A DNA stretch of 64,000 bases from Octopus vulgaris (GCA_951406725.2 OX597817.1:72354001-72418000), one strand, 5' to 3'. Shown: positions 29,047 to 42,565, counted from the stretch's first letter. Notes: generated by a model from the sequence alone, not told the origin. A program made the numbers and translations.

Positions 29047-29714
29047 CAACTACTTCCTCTCTTCACTCCTACCCATCTTCCCTCTTCATTGATACCACCC
29101 CATCCCACCCACGCCTACAACCCCACCCCTGTTCTTATTTTTGTTAATATCTGTGTATGTTTTGGTTCTTGTTACTAGCGTTGCAACAGCTCCCTTTGTT
29201 ATTGTGGTTGTTTACCATTTTGCCCAGGTTAACTTTGTCAAATAGAAACTTAGATTAAAGGCTATCTCAGATACTGTGAGTTGTGGCTATCTCCTCTTTT
29301 TGTCCAGATAATCTATTTAAGTACGCATTACGTAATACATGTTTCTGTTTATTAAGGCGTATACTCCTTCTACAAAGCTACGTGTTGTGTTTCACTCTTC
29401 TTAAAAAGCATCATTGTGATTAATTACTCATATCTGTCAAAAGAAATTTGCTGAGTAACTAATATTAGTCGACAATTCGAGATGTATTTTGATGAAATTA
29501 GTCCTGCTCAATGAAACATAAACTTCACCATAAGAGTTGAAGAAATGATGAGGATATACACGAAATAGATAACAGTTATGTTTCCTTCAAAAATTAGTTC
29601 CAGCATTGAATGTAGGTAAAATAGACGTTTTTGCGAGTTTCCATTTATTAGTTTTTTTTTTTATGTCACATATATACGATTTTATACATAATTGCATACA
29701 TACATACACACATA

Positions 29715-29795
<81 letters not shown>

Positions 29796-29952
29796 ACACG
29801 AATACACAAAAACACATACTCACATAGAAATATATATAGTTATATATATATATTTAATGTAGGATAAAAATTTTTTCGAAAAAAATTTTATCAATGGCCA
29901 GCATATAAAAAAATCCCTTTAAAGGTTAAATTTGCCCTTATTTATAAGTTGG

Positions 29953-30024
<72 letters not shown>

Positions 30025-30869
30025 GTGTGTGTATGCATGTTTCTGTGTAATATATACATATATAATATTATATTATGAACGAGTCATCACTTACTATTTA
30101 CAGTTTCGCCTATCGGTACACAGCATACAGATAGGCACACACACACCTACACACACAAAGATGCAAAAATACACGTACACATATACAGATATATGTAGTT
30201 ATATATAGTGTCTATATATGTATGTATATATATATAGATACATAAATATATTAATATATATATATATACACATACATATATAAACATATATACGCACATG
30301 TGTGTGTGTATGTGTGTGTGTGTGTGTGTTTGTGTACATAGCCTTTGTGATGAAATAGATATGGATAAAATTCTATTTCAATCATCACTGTAATGTAAAA
30401 AAAGTAAAATGTTAAATAAAATTAGCCAAAAATAAAAGATCCTAAAACTTTACTTGACCAAAATTAAATAAGGATTTACAGAAGAAAACGCTGCTGTCTT
30501 ATCTTTGGAAGCTGAAAAAATTCTGTTTTTCCCAGCAGAAATCGTGAGTTTCACTGTACAGTTAGATTGAGCTTTTTCATATTCTTCTGAGTAGTTATTA
30601 TCATGTACACTTTTTTAAGTAATAGGATTACCAGATGCAAAGCAATATAAGTTGCAATATGAATAAAAGCAGAATATATTATGCCCCAAAATAGCAGATC
30701 TTTGTCTTTTTTATTTAAAAGTTATTATCCAAAGCTTTCCAGGAAGTTCCATGTTGAAAAATTGTCCGAAAATATGTATTAAGTTGTGCATGGTAGGTGA
30801 TAAAATTTTAATCTGCGAAGTACAGATACAAGAGCTCACGCCAATATTCAGATAATAATAATATTTTCA

Positions 30870-31031
30870 ATTATAGGCGCAAAACTTGCAATTTGGGTGG
30901 GAGGGGATTAGTCGATTACATCGATCCCAGGATGAAAGGCAAAGTCGACTTCGTGGAATTTAAACTAATTACGTAAAGGCGGACGAAATGCCGCTAAGCA
31001 TTTTGCACGACGTGCTAACGATTCTGGCAGT
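30870..31031 (-). mobile_element. SINE family B, internally deleted copy
   Basis: AGTCGATTACATCGA..GGATGAAAGGCAAAGTCGAC..GTGCTAACGATTCTGGCAG. Confidence 0.75.
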
Positions 31032-31039
31032 TCTCTATC

Positions 31040-31040
<1 letters not shown>

Positions 31041-31102
<62 letters not shown>

Positions 31103-31162
31103 TTAATATAAAGAATAATAAAAATAAAAATATAAATAATAATAATAATAATAATAATAATT

Positions 31163-31254
<92 letters not shown>

Positions 31255-31284
31255 TATAATAATAATAACAATAACAATAATAAC

Positions 31285-31338
<54 letters not shown>
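31041..31338. repeat. (AAT)n microsatellite, ~300 bp
   Basis: Read directly; explains the poly-N and poly-I ORFs. Confidence 0.95.
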
Positions 31339-31833
31339 TGTTATCATGTACATTGTTTTGTCTTGGTATAAAAGATGAGCTACAGAAAATATTCTGCTCA
31401 ATACCACAGATTTGCTTGTCACTTGCTTGACCAAAACCAGTTGAGCATGTCCCTTAGTGGCTGACGATGTGTGCGCCTCTGAACACGAGCATAAGTTTTG
31501 GGGGAAGCATCACAGTCATGTATTGAGAAGAACTCTTTGGGGTTTAGATAATTCACCTTTGGAAACATGTGTGTTTTGCTCAACATCCTTAAACAACCCT
31601 TATTCAAGGACCTTTGAGCGGGTGGGCCACTCGACCTGGAGAAAATTTTAACTGGGCCCCATCTTCAAGGTCATGCGCCGTTTATCATGATATGAAATTA
31701 CTATGTTACGCGCATATAGTTGTGATGCATGTGCCAGGTGTACACTTATCAGACGGGTGGTCATGATAGGTACACTGGGCTTCGAATATTTTACCCCAGT
31801 ATCACTTTGATGGCATGCACTGCTCTCTCACTC
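31339..31833 (+). mobile_element. ~500-bp non-coding element embedded in (AAT)n
   Basis: Colinear with 62067-62548 (TGTTATCATGTACATTG...CTGCTCTCTCACT + AATAAT). A fragment also lies at ~51736-51890 on the minus strand. Confidence 0.8.
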
Positions 31834-32344
31834 AATAATAAATGTTAGTTTTTAAGCTGAAGCTACACACACGCGCACACACTCACACACATACATACAC
31901 ACACATGGATGCATACATGCATACATACAATACAAACATACAAGCATGCATACATATATACATGCGCGGAAATGTACTTTCTTTGTGGGTTAAGAAGGCT
32001 ACCAATGGTTCCATGTAAAGAAAGAGATCTTTACAATTTTCATATGTACATTCACACTCCTACATTATAGCTGACCTCTGTAGTGTATTCTCAGAATAAG
32101 AACATCACGTTGTCTCATGATATCTCTACACAAGCCCCTAGATATAGTAGATAGCAATGCTATTCTGAAAAGGCCTAGTCATTAAATTTGATCGTCTTCG
32201 AGATACAGTTCACTGGTGCTCATATGAATCTGCAGCCGTCCCAGAAAATGATAATTTAAAAATACCATAGGATTTTAGTGTGCCAAGAGAAGCCAAATAA
32301 TATACTTATTATTTTCTGTAACATAAAAATGAGAATTGTATATT

Positions 32345-32912
32345 CTTTTCTACTCTAGGAACAAGTCCCGAAATTTGGGGGGAGGGATCAAGTCCATTAC
32401 ATCGACCCCAGTACGCAACTGGTACTTAATTTATCAACCCCTAAAGCCGACCTCGGCGGAATTTGAACTCAGAATGTAAAGACAGACGAGATACTGTTAA
32501 ACATTTCCCCCAGCGTGCAAACGTTTCTTATTTCTTTACTACCCACAAGGGGCTAAACATAGAGGGTACAAACAAGGACAGACAAAGGGATTAACTCGAT
32601 TGCATCGACCCCAGTGCATAACTGGTACTTAATTTATCGACCCCGAAAGGATGAAAGGCAAAGTCGTCCTCGGCGGAATTTGAACTCAGAACGTAAGGGC
32701 AGACGAAATACCTATTTCTCTACTACCCACAAGGGGCTAAACACAGAGAGGACAAACAAGGACAGACAAACGGATTAAGTCGATTACATCGACCCCAGTG
32801 TGTAAACTGTTTCTTAATTTATCGACCCCGAAAGGATGAAAGGCAAAGTTGATCTCGGCGGAATTTGAACTCATTTCGCCCGGCATGCTAACGTTTCTGC
32901 CAGCTCGTCGCT
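32345..32912 (-). mobile_element. Tandem array of three family B SINE units
   Basis: ATCGACCCCAGT..TTAATTTATC..CTCGGCGGAATTTGAACTCA is repeated three times at ~190-200 bp spacing. Confidence 0.88.
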
Positions 32913-33127
32913 TTTGAGAATTGTATATTAAGTGACAACGTAGTAATATCAAATGAATCAAAAGTTATGTAAACGCACCTTGAAAAAGCAAAGGATTAGA
33001 CAGGCCGAGCAGTTGAAATAAATATATTATGGCAGTTAAGGAATGTGTCAATCATCCTTTTCTAATTGGTATAACTGGAGCAATATCCAACCTTTTCTAT
33101 AAGGATATTGAAACACTACCTATGAGG

Positions 33128-33176
<49 letters not shown>

Positions 33177-33634
33177 CGTGTGTGTGTGTGTGTACATATA
33201 CAAACATACATATATATATATATAAATATATATATATACATATATATATATACATATACATATATATATATATGTATATATACTATGTATATATTATATA
33301 TATAATATACATATATATATATCACATATATATAATATATATATACATATATATATATGTATAGATATATGTGTATGTATATATATGTATATATATATAT
33401 ATATGTATATATAGGTGGTGCTATTAAGTTAGACATGGCCTGGGCCAATAATGGCCGAAACCTATCAAAGTATCAAAGTATATATTTTGACAAATTAAAC
33501 TTAAATGTTGGAGTGAATCGAACGGCTTTTGTGTGTTTCTTAAATGGCTTATAAACACCTTCCACGCTGCAATTGTTTTCGTTTCAGCACACGATCTCAG
33601 ATCAAATTACTTGCTATGCGAGTACATCTCCGTA

Positions 33635-33690
<56 letters not shown>

Positions 33691-33778
33691 AGAGTTTACG
33701 AAAAAAACAAAATACGAAGACATGTGGTGTACAAAACAAACAGATGTATTAGGATAACGCTCAGGAATAGAAAAAGTA

Positions 33779-33812
33779 TTTTACGTTTCGAGCCTACGCT
33801 CTTCTACAGAAA
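33779..33812 (-). ncRNA. Minimal hammerhead-like motif with CUGUAGA core variant (in a repeat at ~33686-33890)
   Basis: Minus strand: UUU CUGUAGA A GAGC guag GCUC GAA ACGU A AAA. The sister copy at 34651-34686 has the same CUGUAGA. Confidence 0.6.
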
Positions 33813-34038
33813 GGGACACAGAAAAAACAAGGAGAGAAATAAGGAGAGAGAAAAGAATGTGTGTAGTGGCTAACGATCTATCATGGCGACATATATACAT
33901 ATATATGAATGAATGTATGTATGTATGTATATATGTATGTATGTATATATGTATGTATGTATATGTACACACATACACACACACATATACATGCATATAC
34001 ACGCACAGACACAGACACACACATACACGCACGCACAC

Positions 34039-34080
<42 letters not shown>

Positions 34081-34135
34081 ACATATATATACAAACATAT
34101 AAACATATATATATATATATATATACATACATATA

Positions 34136-34211
<76 letters not shown>

Positions 34212-34489
34212 TAAATGTATGTATGAGTTAGAGGTTAAGCAACCATCTAAGTGGTAATAAATATCCAATATACTACTGGATATACCTACGTAATTATATT
34301 CAAGTGCTTGCTGTTGCAAGGCAGCATTGCAATTGAATAATAGGTATAAGTGGGGGTATTATTTATTGTATTTTATTTGTTTATTTTGATTACTTATACA
34401 TTTGATTGTAATTAATTAATAAATAGATCCAAATGAATCTTTGTAGGCTGATGCTTGGCGAGTGATTATCTTCTCCATTTTCTTATTTG

Positions 34490-34567
<78 letters not shown>

Positions 34568-34748
34568 AGAATTCAGAAAAAAATAAAATACGAAGACTGG
34601 TGATGTAGGAAGCAAACGGATGTTTTAGTATAACGCTTGGGAACTGAAGTCTTTAACGCTTCGACCCTACGCTTTTCTACAGAAAGGAACACAAAGACAC
34701 AAGGAGAGAAACAAGGAGAGAAAAAAATATGTATGTATATATATATAT

Positions 34749-34830
<82 letters not shown>

Positions 34831-34883
34831 GTATATACATATATATACGTATACATATACATACATATATATATATACATATA

Positions 34884-34922
<39 letters not shown>

Positions 34923-35160
34923 AATATATGTATACATAAGGATAAACTTAGTAAAAGGTGCCCGTGGGAAAACTCGTTTAAATGAAACGTTTGGGAACCA
35001 TTGTGAAAAGTTTGGGAACCGCTGGCTTAGAGTAAAGTAATAAGCATATATAGTGTAATATTAATTAAGAAATGACAAAAGGACAGGAGTTACGTAATTA
35101 CATAGATTAGGTTAGGGTTATTTTATATGTGTGTGTGTGTGGGTACATATATATATACAT

Positions 35161-35537
35161 AGGCGTAGGAATGGCTGTGTGGTAAATAGCTTGCTTACGA
35201 ATCACATGATACCCTGTTCAGTCCCACTGCGTGGCACCTTGGGCAAGTGTCTTCTACTATAGCCTCGCGCCGACCAAAGACTTGTGAGTGGATTTGGTAG
35301 ACGGTAACTCAAAGAAGCCCGTCGTATATATGTATATATATATGTGTGTGTGTGTGTGTTGTGTGTGTGTGTGTTTGTGTGTCTGTGTTTGTCCTCCCAA
35401 CATCGCTTGACTACCGATGCTGGTGTGTTTACGTCCCCGTAACTTAGCGGTTCGTAAAAAACACCGATAGAATAAGTACTAAGCTTACAAAGAATAGGTC
35501 CTGGGGTCGATTTGCTCGACTAAAGGCGGTGCTCCAG
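35161..35537 (+). mobile_element. SINE family A, well-preserved copy
   Basis: GGCGTAGGAATGGCTGTGTGG (A box)..GTTCAGTCCC (B-box-like)..GGCACCTTGGGCAAGTGTCTTC..TAAAGGCGGTGCTCCAG. Confidence 0.9.
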
Positions 35538-35577
35538 ATATATATATATAGTTTATCCAAACATGAAATATATATAT

Positions 35578-35633
<56 letters not shown>

Positions 35634-36167
35634 ATCCAAACATGAAATATATATATTATATATATATATATATATATATTTCTAAGCATATATATGTATA
35701 AAGGTTTATATTTCAATTTTTCCTTCTTAATTTCTTACTTCATACCTTTAACTATTATTTATATTTTTATAACCTCTCCTAGACTTTTATTGTTGCAATC
35801 ATCTTAATCCTTTTATGTACTATTTATCACATTGTGTTTTTTTTTCTTCATGGTTGAAGTGTGATTCTTTGCTATGTGAGATTAGTCTTTCAACCGATTT
35901 TGCATTTTGATATTTCCCACCTAAGGAAATGATCTGTAATTGATGGTATTGATTACTAAAACGTACGTAAACAAATATCTGTATTATCAATAATTTGTTT
36001 TCTGTGCATCTACGTACGTTTCACCATTATGGTTGCTTGGAACTTGGCATTGAATCTTTCACATGCACTTGGATGCTTGACCGGAACGGATCATCAAGGA
36101 ACATTTTATCACATTAAATTACAGAGAACTTAATTTCATATATCTATATACATAAATACGTACATAT

Positions 36168-36250
<83 letters not shown>

Positions 36251-36401
36251 TTACTTGGAGAAAAGAAACGAAACGAAACGACGCGATGGCGCTCAGTCAT
36301 ACAATAATTTAATAAGTAAAATATATGCATACATACATACATATATGTACGTACCTACATCTACATGTATATATACATGCATACATATATATATATACAT
36401 G

Positions 36402-36452
<51 letters not shown>

Positions 36453-36457
<5 letters not shown>

Positions 36458-36778
36458 TCAGTGGTTAGAGCGTCGAGCTTACGATCGTGAGGTTGTGAGC
36501 TCGAATCCCGGACCGGGCTGCGTGTTGTGTTCTTGAGCAAGGCACTTTATTTCACGTAGCTCCAGTTCACTCAGCTGTAGAAATGAGTTGCGACGTCACT
36601 GGTGCCAAGCTGTATCGACCTTTGTCTTTCCCTTGGATAACACTGGTGGCGTGGAGAGGGAGGCTGGTATGCATGGGCGACTGCTGGTCTTCCATAAACA
36701 ACCTTGCCCGGACTTGCGTCTAGGAGGGTAACTTTCTAGGTGCAATCCCATGGTCATTCATGACCGAAGGGGGTCTTT
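36453..36778 (+). mobile_element. tRNA-derived SINE family C
   Basis: TGGCTCAGTGG A box and GCTCGAATCC B box, followed by the GTTGTGTTCTTGAGCAAGGCACTTTA central domain. No tRNA acceptor stem. Confidence 0.85.
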
Positions 36779-36787
36779 ATATATATA

Positions 36788-37150
36788 TGAGTACAGGACA
36801 CCACAAATAAACGTAGAACTCAACGAGAAACGAAAACATAAAAACAAACTAGGAAACGGACTTTTTTTAACAACGAAAAAACAGAGTACAAGACAAACAA
36901 TACAAGGAATATTCCCCTTCATCAGCTGTCCCTGGTTCGACTCAACGCGTGTTTCGAAGGTAAGGACAGAACACGATCCGGTCGACCAATCCTTCCTGCA
37001 AAAGAATTAAATAAAATTCCTTTGCAGAGATGTAAAAACAAGGAAAGAAAAAAATGTGACAAGAACAGGACGTAAAAGCAATACAAATAAAAATACAAAT
37101 ACAAATAAAATACAGTACATATAAAGAATAAAAGCAGGACAATGAAACTA
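36788..37150. repeat. Unclassified interspersed repeat (related copy at ~47115-47400)
   Basis: TACAGGACA..ATTCCC(C)TTCATCAG(C/T)TGTCCCTG..AACAGGAC is shared between the two loci. Confidence 0.6.
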
Positions 37151-37162
37151 TATGTATATATG

Positions 37163-37440
37163 AGAGCGCGTGGCCTAAGTAGTTAGGGTGTTGCACTTAC
37201 GATCGCTAAATCGTGATTTCAATTTCTAGACCAAGTGGTGCGTTGTGTTCTTGAGCAAAGCACCTCATTTCACGTTACTCTGTGATCACTTCGACAGCTG
37301 ACGCGTGGTACACCGTGCACCTGTTCAGACATAGTAGATTTGATGGAGAGAGTGATCTAATGTACGGTACGAAAATGTGATTACTATGTCATTTGTGCAG
37401 GTAGTTCGGCAAAACACTCATACGTCGTCATCGACGGGAG
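37163..37440 (+). mobile_element. SINE family C-related copy
   Basis: GTGGCCTAAGTAG head, TTACGATCG, GCGTTGTGTTCTTGAGCAAAGCAC. Confidence 0.7.
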
Positions 37441-37500
37441 AATTCACCATATATACATATACATATCTTTGTCTTTCTCTCTCTCTCTCTCTTTCTCTCT

Positions 37501-37575
<75 letters not shown>

Positions 37576-37740
37576 CAAAATAAGCAACAAGGATATCCAA
37601 GGTAGTGTTTCATGCTACTTCATTTTATTAAACACTGTAAGTATTACATCAGTTTTAAAATGTCGAGCAATCTTCAGCCACATATAGAATTTTTTAATTA
37701 AACAGACAATGCACATTCTTATACTTATTTCAATTTTTCC

Positions 37741-37798
<58 letters not shown>

Positions 37799-37801
<3 letters not shown>

Positions 37802-39240
37802 AGAACCGAGCTGGTAGCCTAGGAGTGAAATTTAAGATTTCTCGATTTTCTGTGAATCGATTTTGATAAAACTTTTTCCAACTGATTTACACACTATGGC
37901 AACACCATTGTAATGTGTTTATTATTCTGTGCAGAGTCCTTTCTTTTCTTTTTATTTCAGGTTCTTCAGTTTTGGTTTGAACCACGCTAAAAGCTTTTGA
38001 AGGAAAATTACCCATGTAGACATTTTTTTTCAGAAAACGATGGATAATGATAGATATTAAACGCACATGGAGTATATATTTAACAGAAAACTATAATGAT
38101 ATTATAACATTTATTGACATAATGAATTATTTATCCACATGAGCACCATTTCGATGGATAACTTCAAAAAACCTAATAGTAACCTATTGATAGTAACAGG
38201 TTGGACTGCCTCTGCTGCAGCTTTGATGGTCGCTCATAAGACATCTTTCGACGGAAATTGGCGTCCATCGGCATAAACATCTTCTTTAATGATGGACCAA
38301 AGATTTTCGATAGGGTTGAAATCCGGAGATGCTGGCGGCCACATCATCAACCTTTCACCTTATATGCCGTAAGACCCTAGTTACGTTTGTGTAGTCCTAG
38401 CAGAGTGGGAGGGGGCGTTGTCATGCATGAATACGAGATTCCTTAGAAGTAACAGCGGTGTGTCATCTAGCAAGGGATCCAAGACCTCGTTCAGGAGATT
38501 GCAGTAGGTGGCTGCGGTTACTTTAACCCCTTCAGGCACTCTGACTGGGCCAATAAATCTGTCCCCAATGATACCAGCCCACAACATGACTCCTTCACAC
38601 TGTTGTTGATGTCGTAAACGTTGGTGCTGCTCATCTCCGAAATAGACCCAGACATTTTCCTAACCGTCAGATCCCTTAAAGGTCGCCCTGGTTTCGTCAG
38701 GGAAATAGTTTCAGGGTTTAAAGGAAACAATGTCAGGAGTTCTCCGACGGGAGCCATGGTCCCGAGGATGCGATTTATCGTGGTTTTCGGTACATGAAGT
38801 CCGTAGGTGGTGAAAATAATTTTGCTTTTTTTGTCCAGGTCTCCCATGTAACTTGTGACCAATATTTCTTAAATCCCTAGCTATCACAGTCTTAGAAGTC
38901 CCACAATCGGATCGTTTCTTCCTTGGTGAAGGGTCCCTCAGGAATCATCAAACTATGTCTATATGACGACATAACTTCTCCACAATGACATGAAGAGAGG
39001 TGCGTTTAGTACTTTCCTCGATGAAGACAGACTTTTCTTCATCGTTAAGGCCATTGCACGTCCCATTGTTCTTATAGAGGAGAGACACTATTAGCGTGGT
39101 TCGCCCTAAAACTGAAGAATCTGAAAGGACGTACAGAAAAAGAAAGGACGTTACACAGAATAATGAAACATAACAATGGTGTTGACATAGTATGCAAACC
39201 AGCTAGGATTTCACTCCTAAGCTATTAGCGCGGTTCTGGG
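37799..39240 (-). mobile_element. Tc1-like DD37E (TRT-type) transposon, full-length but pseudogenised, long TIRs
   Basis: TIR CCCAGAACCGAGCTGGTAGCCTAGGAGTGAAAT / ATTTCACTCCTAAGCTATTAGCGCGGTTCTGGG, plus inner IR 37882-37990 vs 39091-39203. Protein WAGIIGDRFIGPVRV..HDNAPSH..WPPASPDFNPIENLW has 37 codons between D and E. Confidence 0.9.
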
Positions 39241-41050
39241 CGTATGTATATACGCCCACACATACACTACACACATGCAAATTTTTATTGTCTATGTACT
39301 TTATGTAAATTCGCGGAATCGAACAATGGGGCTTTCAATATGCAATCGTATTTTTTCTAAGTTTGCATTCAAGAGTTCTTGGCGATTCGTGAGAAATCTC
39401 ATTTCTCCCTTTCATTAGTAGCTTTAAGGAACGACTGCATCGTCATCACAATTGTCCATCAACATCTTCACAGAAACAAGCAGCCAACTGTTTATATACT
39501 CAACAAATGCAGCAATTACTCTATAAAGGAGTTCCTAATTTGCATACCGAAAGTGTTTAACACTCTATAAATACTAGCGGCCTGTCAACGGAGATCTTAT
39601 TCCACACAGTATCAAGATATGATATAATATATATGTAACATATGGTATAATTATAAACAGGGTAAATTTTAGCCATTTCTCCGCAGACTGACAAAATGAT
39701 GAACCACCTTAATCGATTTTCGAACCTTATCGGATTCTCATTAGAGGCGTCTATATACTTATATTTATATTTGTGTGTGTGTGTGTGTGTGAAGAAAATT
39801 TCTTGCCACACAGCCACACCTATGAATATATATGTATCTAAGTATGCTTATAATAAACACATATAAACAATATATGAACATTTCCATATATATATATGTA
39901 TGTATGTATATATGGAAATGCTTATATATATATATATATGTATTGCATGTCGTTTGACAGAAAGCTCAGCCAATTGCATTAACAAGACTGATTCAAATAT
40001 TGAACGCGATACTATCGACCGAACTCTGTAAGACGGCATCTACACCAGGATGGCTGCAATCAAATGTCTGGAAATTAGAAAAGTAAGCGACACACTTCGA
40101 ATTTCAATATAAGCAAAAAGTTGTGTGTGTGCGTGTGTGTTTGTGTGTGTGTGTGGTGGGTGTGTTTGTATGTGTGCGTGTGAGAAAGAGAGATAAAGAG
40201 AGATGGGGGGGATCGGAAGTCCCTCCAAAATGTCTATAATTTTCTGTAATTGAAATCAAACAACTGATTTCTTACTTCATATGAAAGTAAGCTACTGTTA
40301 ACATCAGAATGAATTTGCAATTTTTCAACAAATAGAATGTGTGTGTGTGTCTCGTTTGTGGGATTATATAAGTGAGTGTGTGAAAAATTGCTTCCTTTTT
40401 AGTTCATTGATCTTACAGTATGTTAGGCAGCGACAAAGATTTTCAACTTAGTGTATAGTTCAATCTAGCAATGTTCACTCTCTTTCATACACTATACAAA
40501 GCGGCTCTGAATCACATTTGCTACAATTAACAGAATATGACTCAACTGGAAATCAAACTCATGACGTAATTATATGCATACATTTCATACTAAAGGCAAA
40601 TTCATAGACGTTGGTAAAGTGACAGGGAGTACTACACAGTACCAGCATTGCTAGAAATAAGAGTCAAAACAATTCAATAGCTAAATAAGTGTATATTCAC
40701 AAATCAATGCAAATAAAGAAAATTAGCTCATCAAATCACCAGAACATCAAAAAGCGATTCGATTTTTTGGTGTAACCATGACTTCTAGTGATCTGATGAG
40801 CTAGTTTTTATTTGCATTGGTTTGTGAATATACAATCGTATTGTGTATGTATGTATGTATGTATGTATGTATGTATGTATGTATGTATGTATGTATGTAT
40901 GTATGTATGTACGTACGTATGTATGTATGTATGTATGTACGTATGTATGTATGTATGTATGTATGTATGTATGTATGTATGTATGTATGTATGTATGTAT
41001 ATATATGTGTATATATATATATGTGTGTATATATATATATGTGTGTGTGT

Positions 41051-42197
41051 GTGTTGCTGAAAATGCACTTAAATTTCAAAAACTCGTAAATGTTTAAAAT
41101 ACATTTATTTACATATATACCAAACTAGTTTCAACAATATTTTTTATCAATGGTAAAAGTGTAAAATTAGAAAATCATCGTTATAAGTTTTAATGTTGAC
41201 AAATCAAAATAAAATTAAAATGTTTCAGTATTGATAAATTATCAAGTTCAAAATAGGAGGTCTAAGTTTGAAATTAAAACTGTATATTAATTTGTTAGAA
41301 TGTACAAGGTTCATTAATTTCAGTGGTGGTCGACAAGTCATACTGAAAAAAAAAAAACACTGTGAAAATTGAAATAGTAAAAGGGGGAGGGATTACGGTT
41401 TCCCAGATCTTTAAACAGTCGCTCCCGCTTGTAATGATATGTTTTAGGGAAAGATGTATTTATAAATTTTTTTCTGCGAGTGGATCCGATTTTGATTCGT
41501 TAAAAAATTGATGACGTTTTTCTTCTGCTTGGTTGGTTTCTTCGCTGGATACGGTTGTAGGTCGTTCCGGTTGGTTGGTTTTCTTAAAGGGTCTTTTTAC
41601 TGTATTCGTTTAAGTTCGATTTCTATTTGTTTGGAATTATGTGACGTCAGCAACTGGTGTTTGTGGAATTTCATTAACCCTTTCGTTACTGTATTCATTT
41701 TGAGATGCTCTGTATTTTTTTCAATTACTTTAAATATAACAAAGAATTTAGTAAAATAACTTAGTTATCATTCAGCTTGTGTTAGGACCATAAATTGGGA
41801 CTAAGGTTTGGTGGAAGATTTTAATTCAAAACTTATGAAAACAAGACATTTGTACTACAGAGCCAAAGCCAGTTTGAGCCGGGTTGGTAACGAAAGGGTT
41901 AATATACAGTTTTAATTTCAACTTAGACCTTCTGTTTTGAACATGATAATTTATCGATATTCATACATTTTAATTTAACATTGAAACATTTTAATTTAAC
42001 AACACTGAAGCATTTCAGTTTGTCAACATTGAAACATTTTGATTTGTCAACATTGAAACCTATAACGATTAGTGTAATTTTACACTTTCCATTGATAAAC
42101 AAACACTATTGTTGAAATTAGTTTGGTATATATGTAAAAAAAATGTATTTTAAACATTTACGAGTTTTTGAAATTTAAGTGCATTTTCAGCAACACA
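41051..42197. mobile_element. Long inverted repeat element (arms ~41051-41290 and ~41899-42197)
   Basis: GTGTTGCTGAAAATGCACTTAAATTTCAAAAACTCGTAAATGTTTAAAATACAT.. is reverse-complemented at the right end, and homology continues to AAAACTGTATATTAA. Confidence 0.85.
41678..41898. mobile_element. piggyBac-type MITE, 221 bp
   Basis: TTAA|CCCTTTCGTTAC ... GTAACGAAAGGG|TTAA: perfect 12-bp TIR and TTAA TSD (41674-41677, 41899-41902). Confidence 0.9.
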
Positions 42198-42219
42198 TTT
42201 TCCTATATATATATATACG

Positions 42220-42565
42220 AGCCAATGAAAATGCGAACACATACTAACAATATTCTTAACAATTAAACCTGGAAAAGTAGAGGACAAGAAAAAACTCATT
42301 AAAATTAGAACTTAAAATATTGCAGCTAAAATTAAAATTAAAAACTACCTCTTGGGTATTTTTTCATTTAAATTCTTTTAATTCTATTTTTCCTTTTTTA
42401 TTTTTATTTTATTTTTTCTAATAAATGAATTTATTAAAAAAATTTTAATTTTAATTTTAGCAGCAATATTTTAAGCTCTAATTTTAATGAGTCTTTCCTT
42501 GTTCTCTACTTTTCCAGGTTTAATTTAAAGAATATTGTAAGTATACGTCTGCATTTTCATTGGCT
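42220..42565. repeat. AT-rich inverted repeat (arms ~125 bp)
   Basis: AGCCAATGAAAATGC..AAACCTGGAAAAGTAGAG..CTCATTAAAATTAG is mirrored by CTAATTTTAATGAG..CTCTACTTTTCCAGGTTT..GCATTTTCATTGGCT. Confidence 0.85.

Noticed and set aside
32345-32912. Regularly spaced repeats resembling a CRISPR array
   Set aside because: The units are ~190-bp SINE copies without unique spacers, the DNA is eukaryotic, and there are no cas genes.
36453-36525. tRNA-like sequence with A and B boxes (also ~43720-43790 and ~35165-35235)
   Set aside because: No acceptor stem or oligo-T terminator, and each continues into a repeat body, so these are SINE heads and not tRNA genes.
36905-36965. Possible type II hammerhead (GAAAC upstream of CUGAUGA, minus strand)
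   Set aside because: Stem I does not pair next to the core, and the related copy at ~47230-47275 does not conserve GAAAC..UH.
37640-37688. CUGAAGA..AAAACUGAUGUA on the minus strand
   Set aside because: G12 is missing and stems I and II are unconvincing; too decayed to call.
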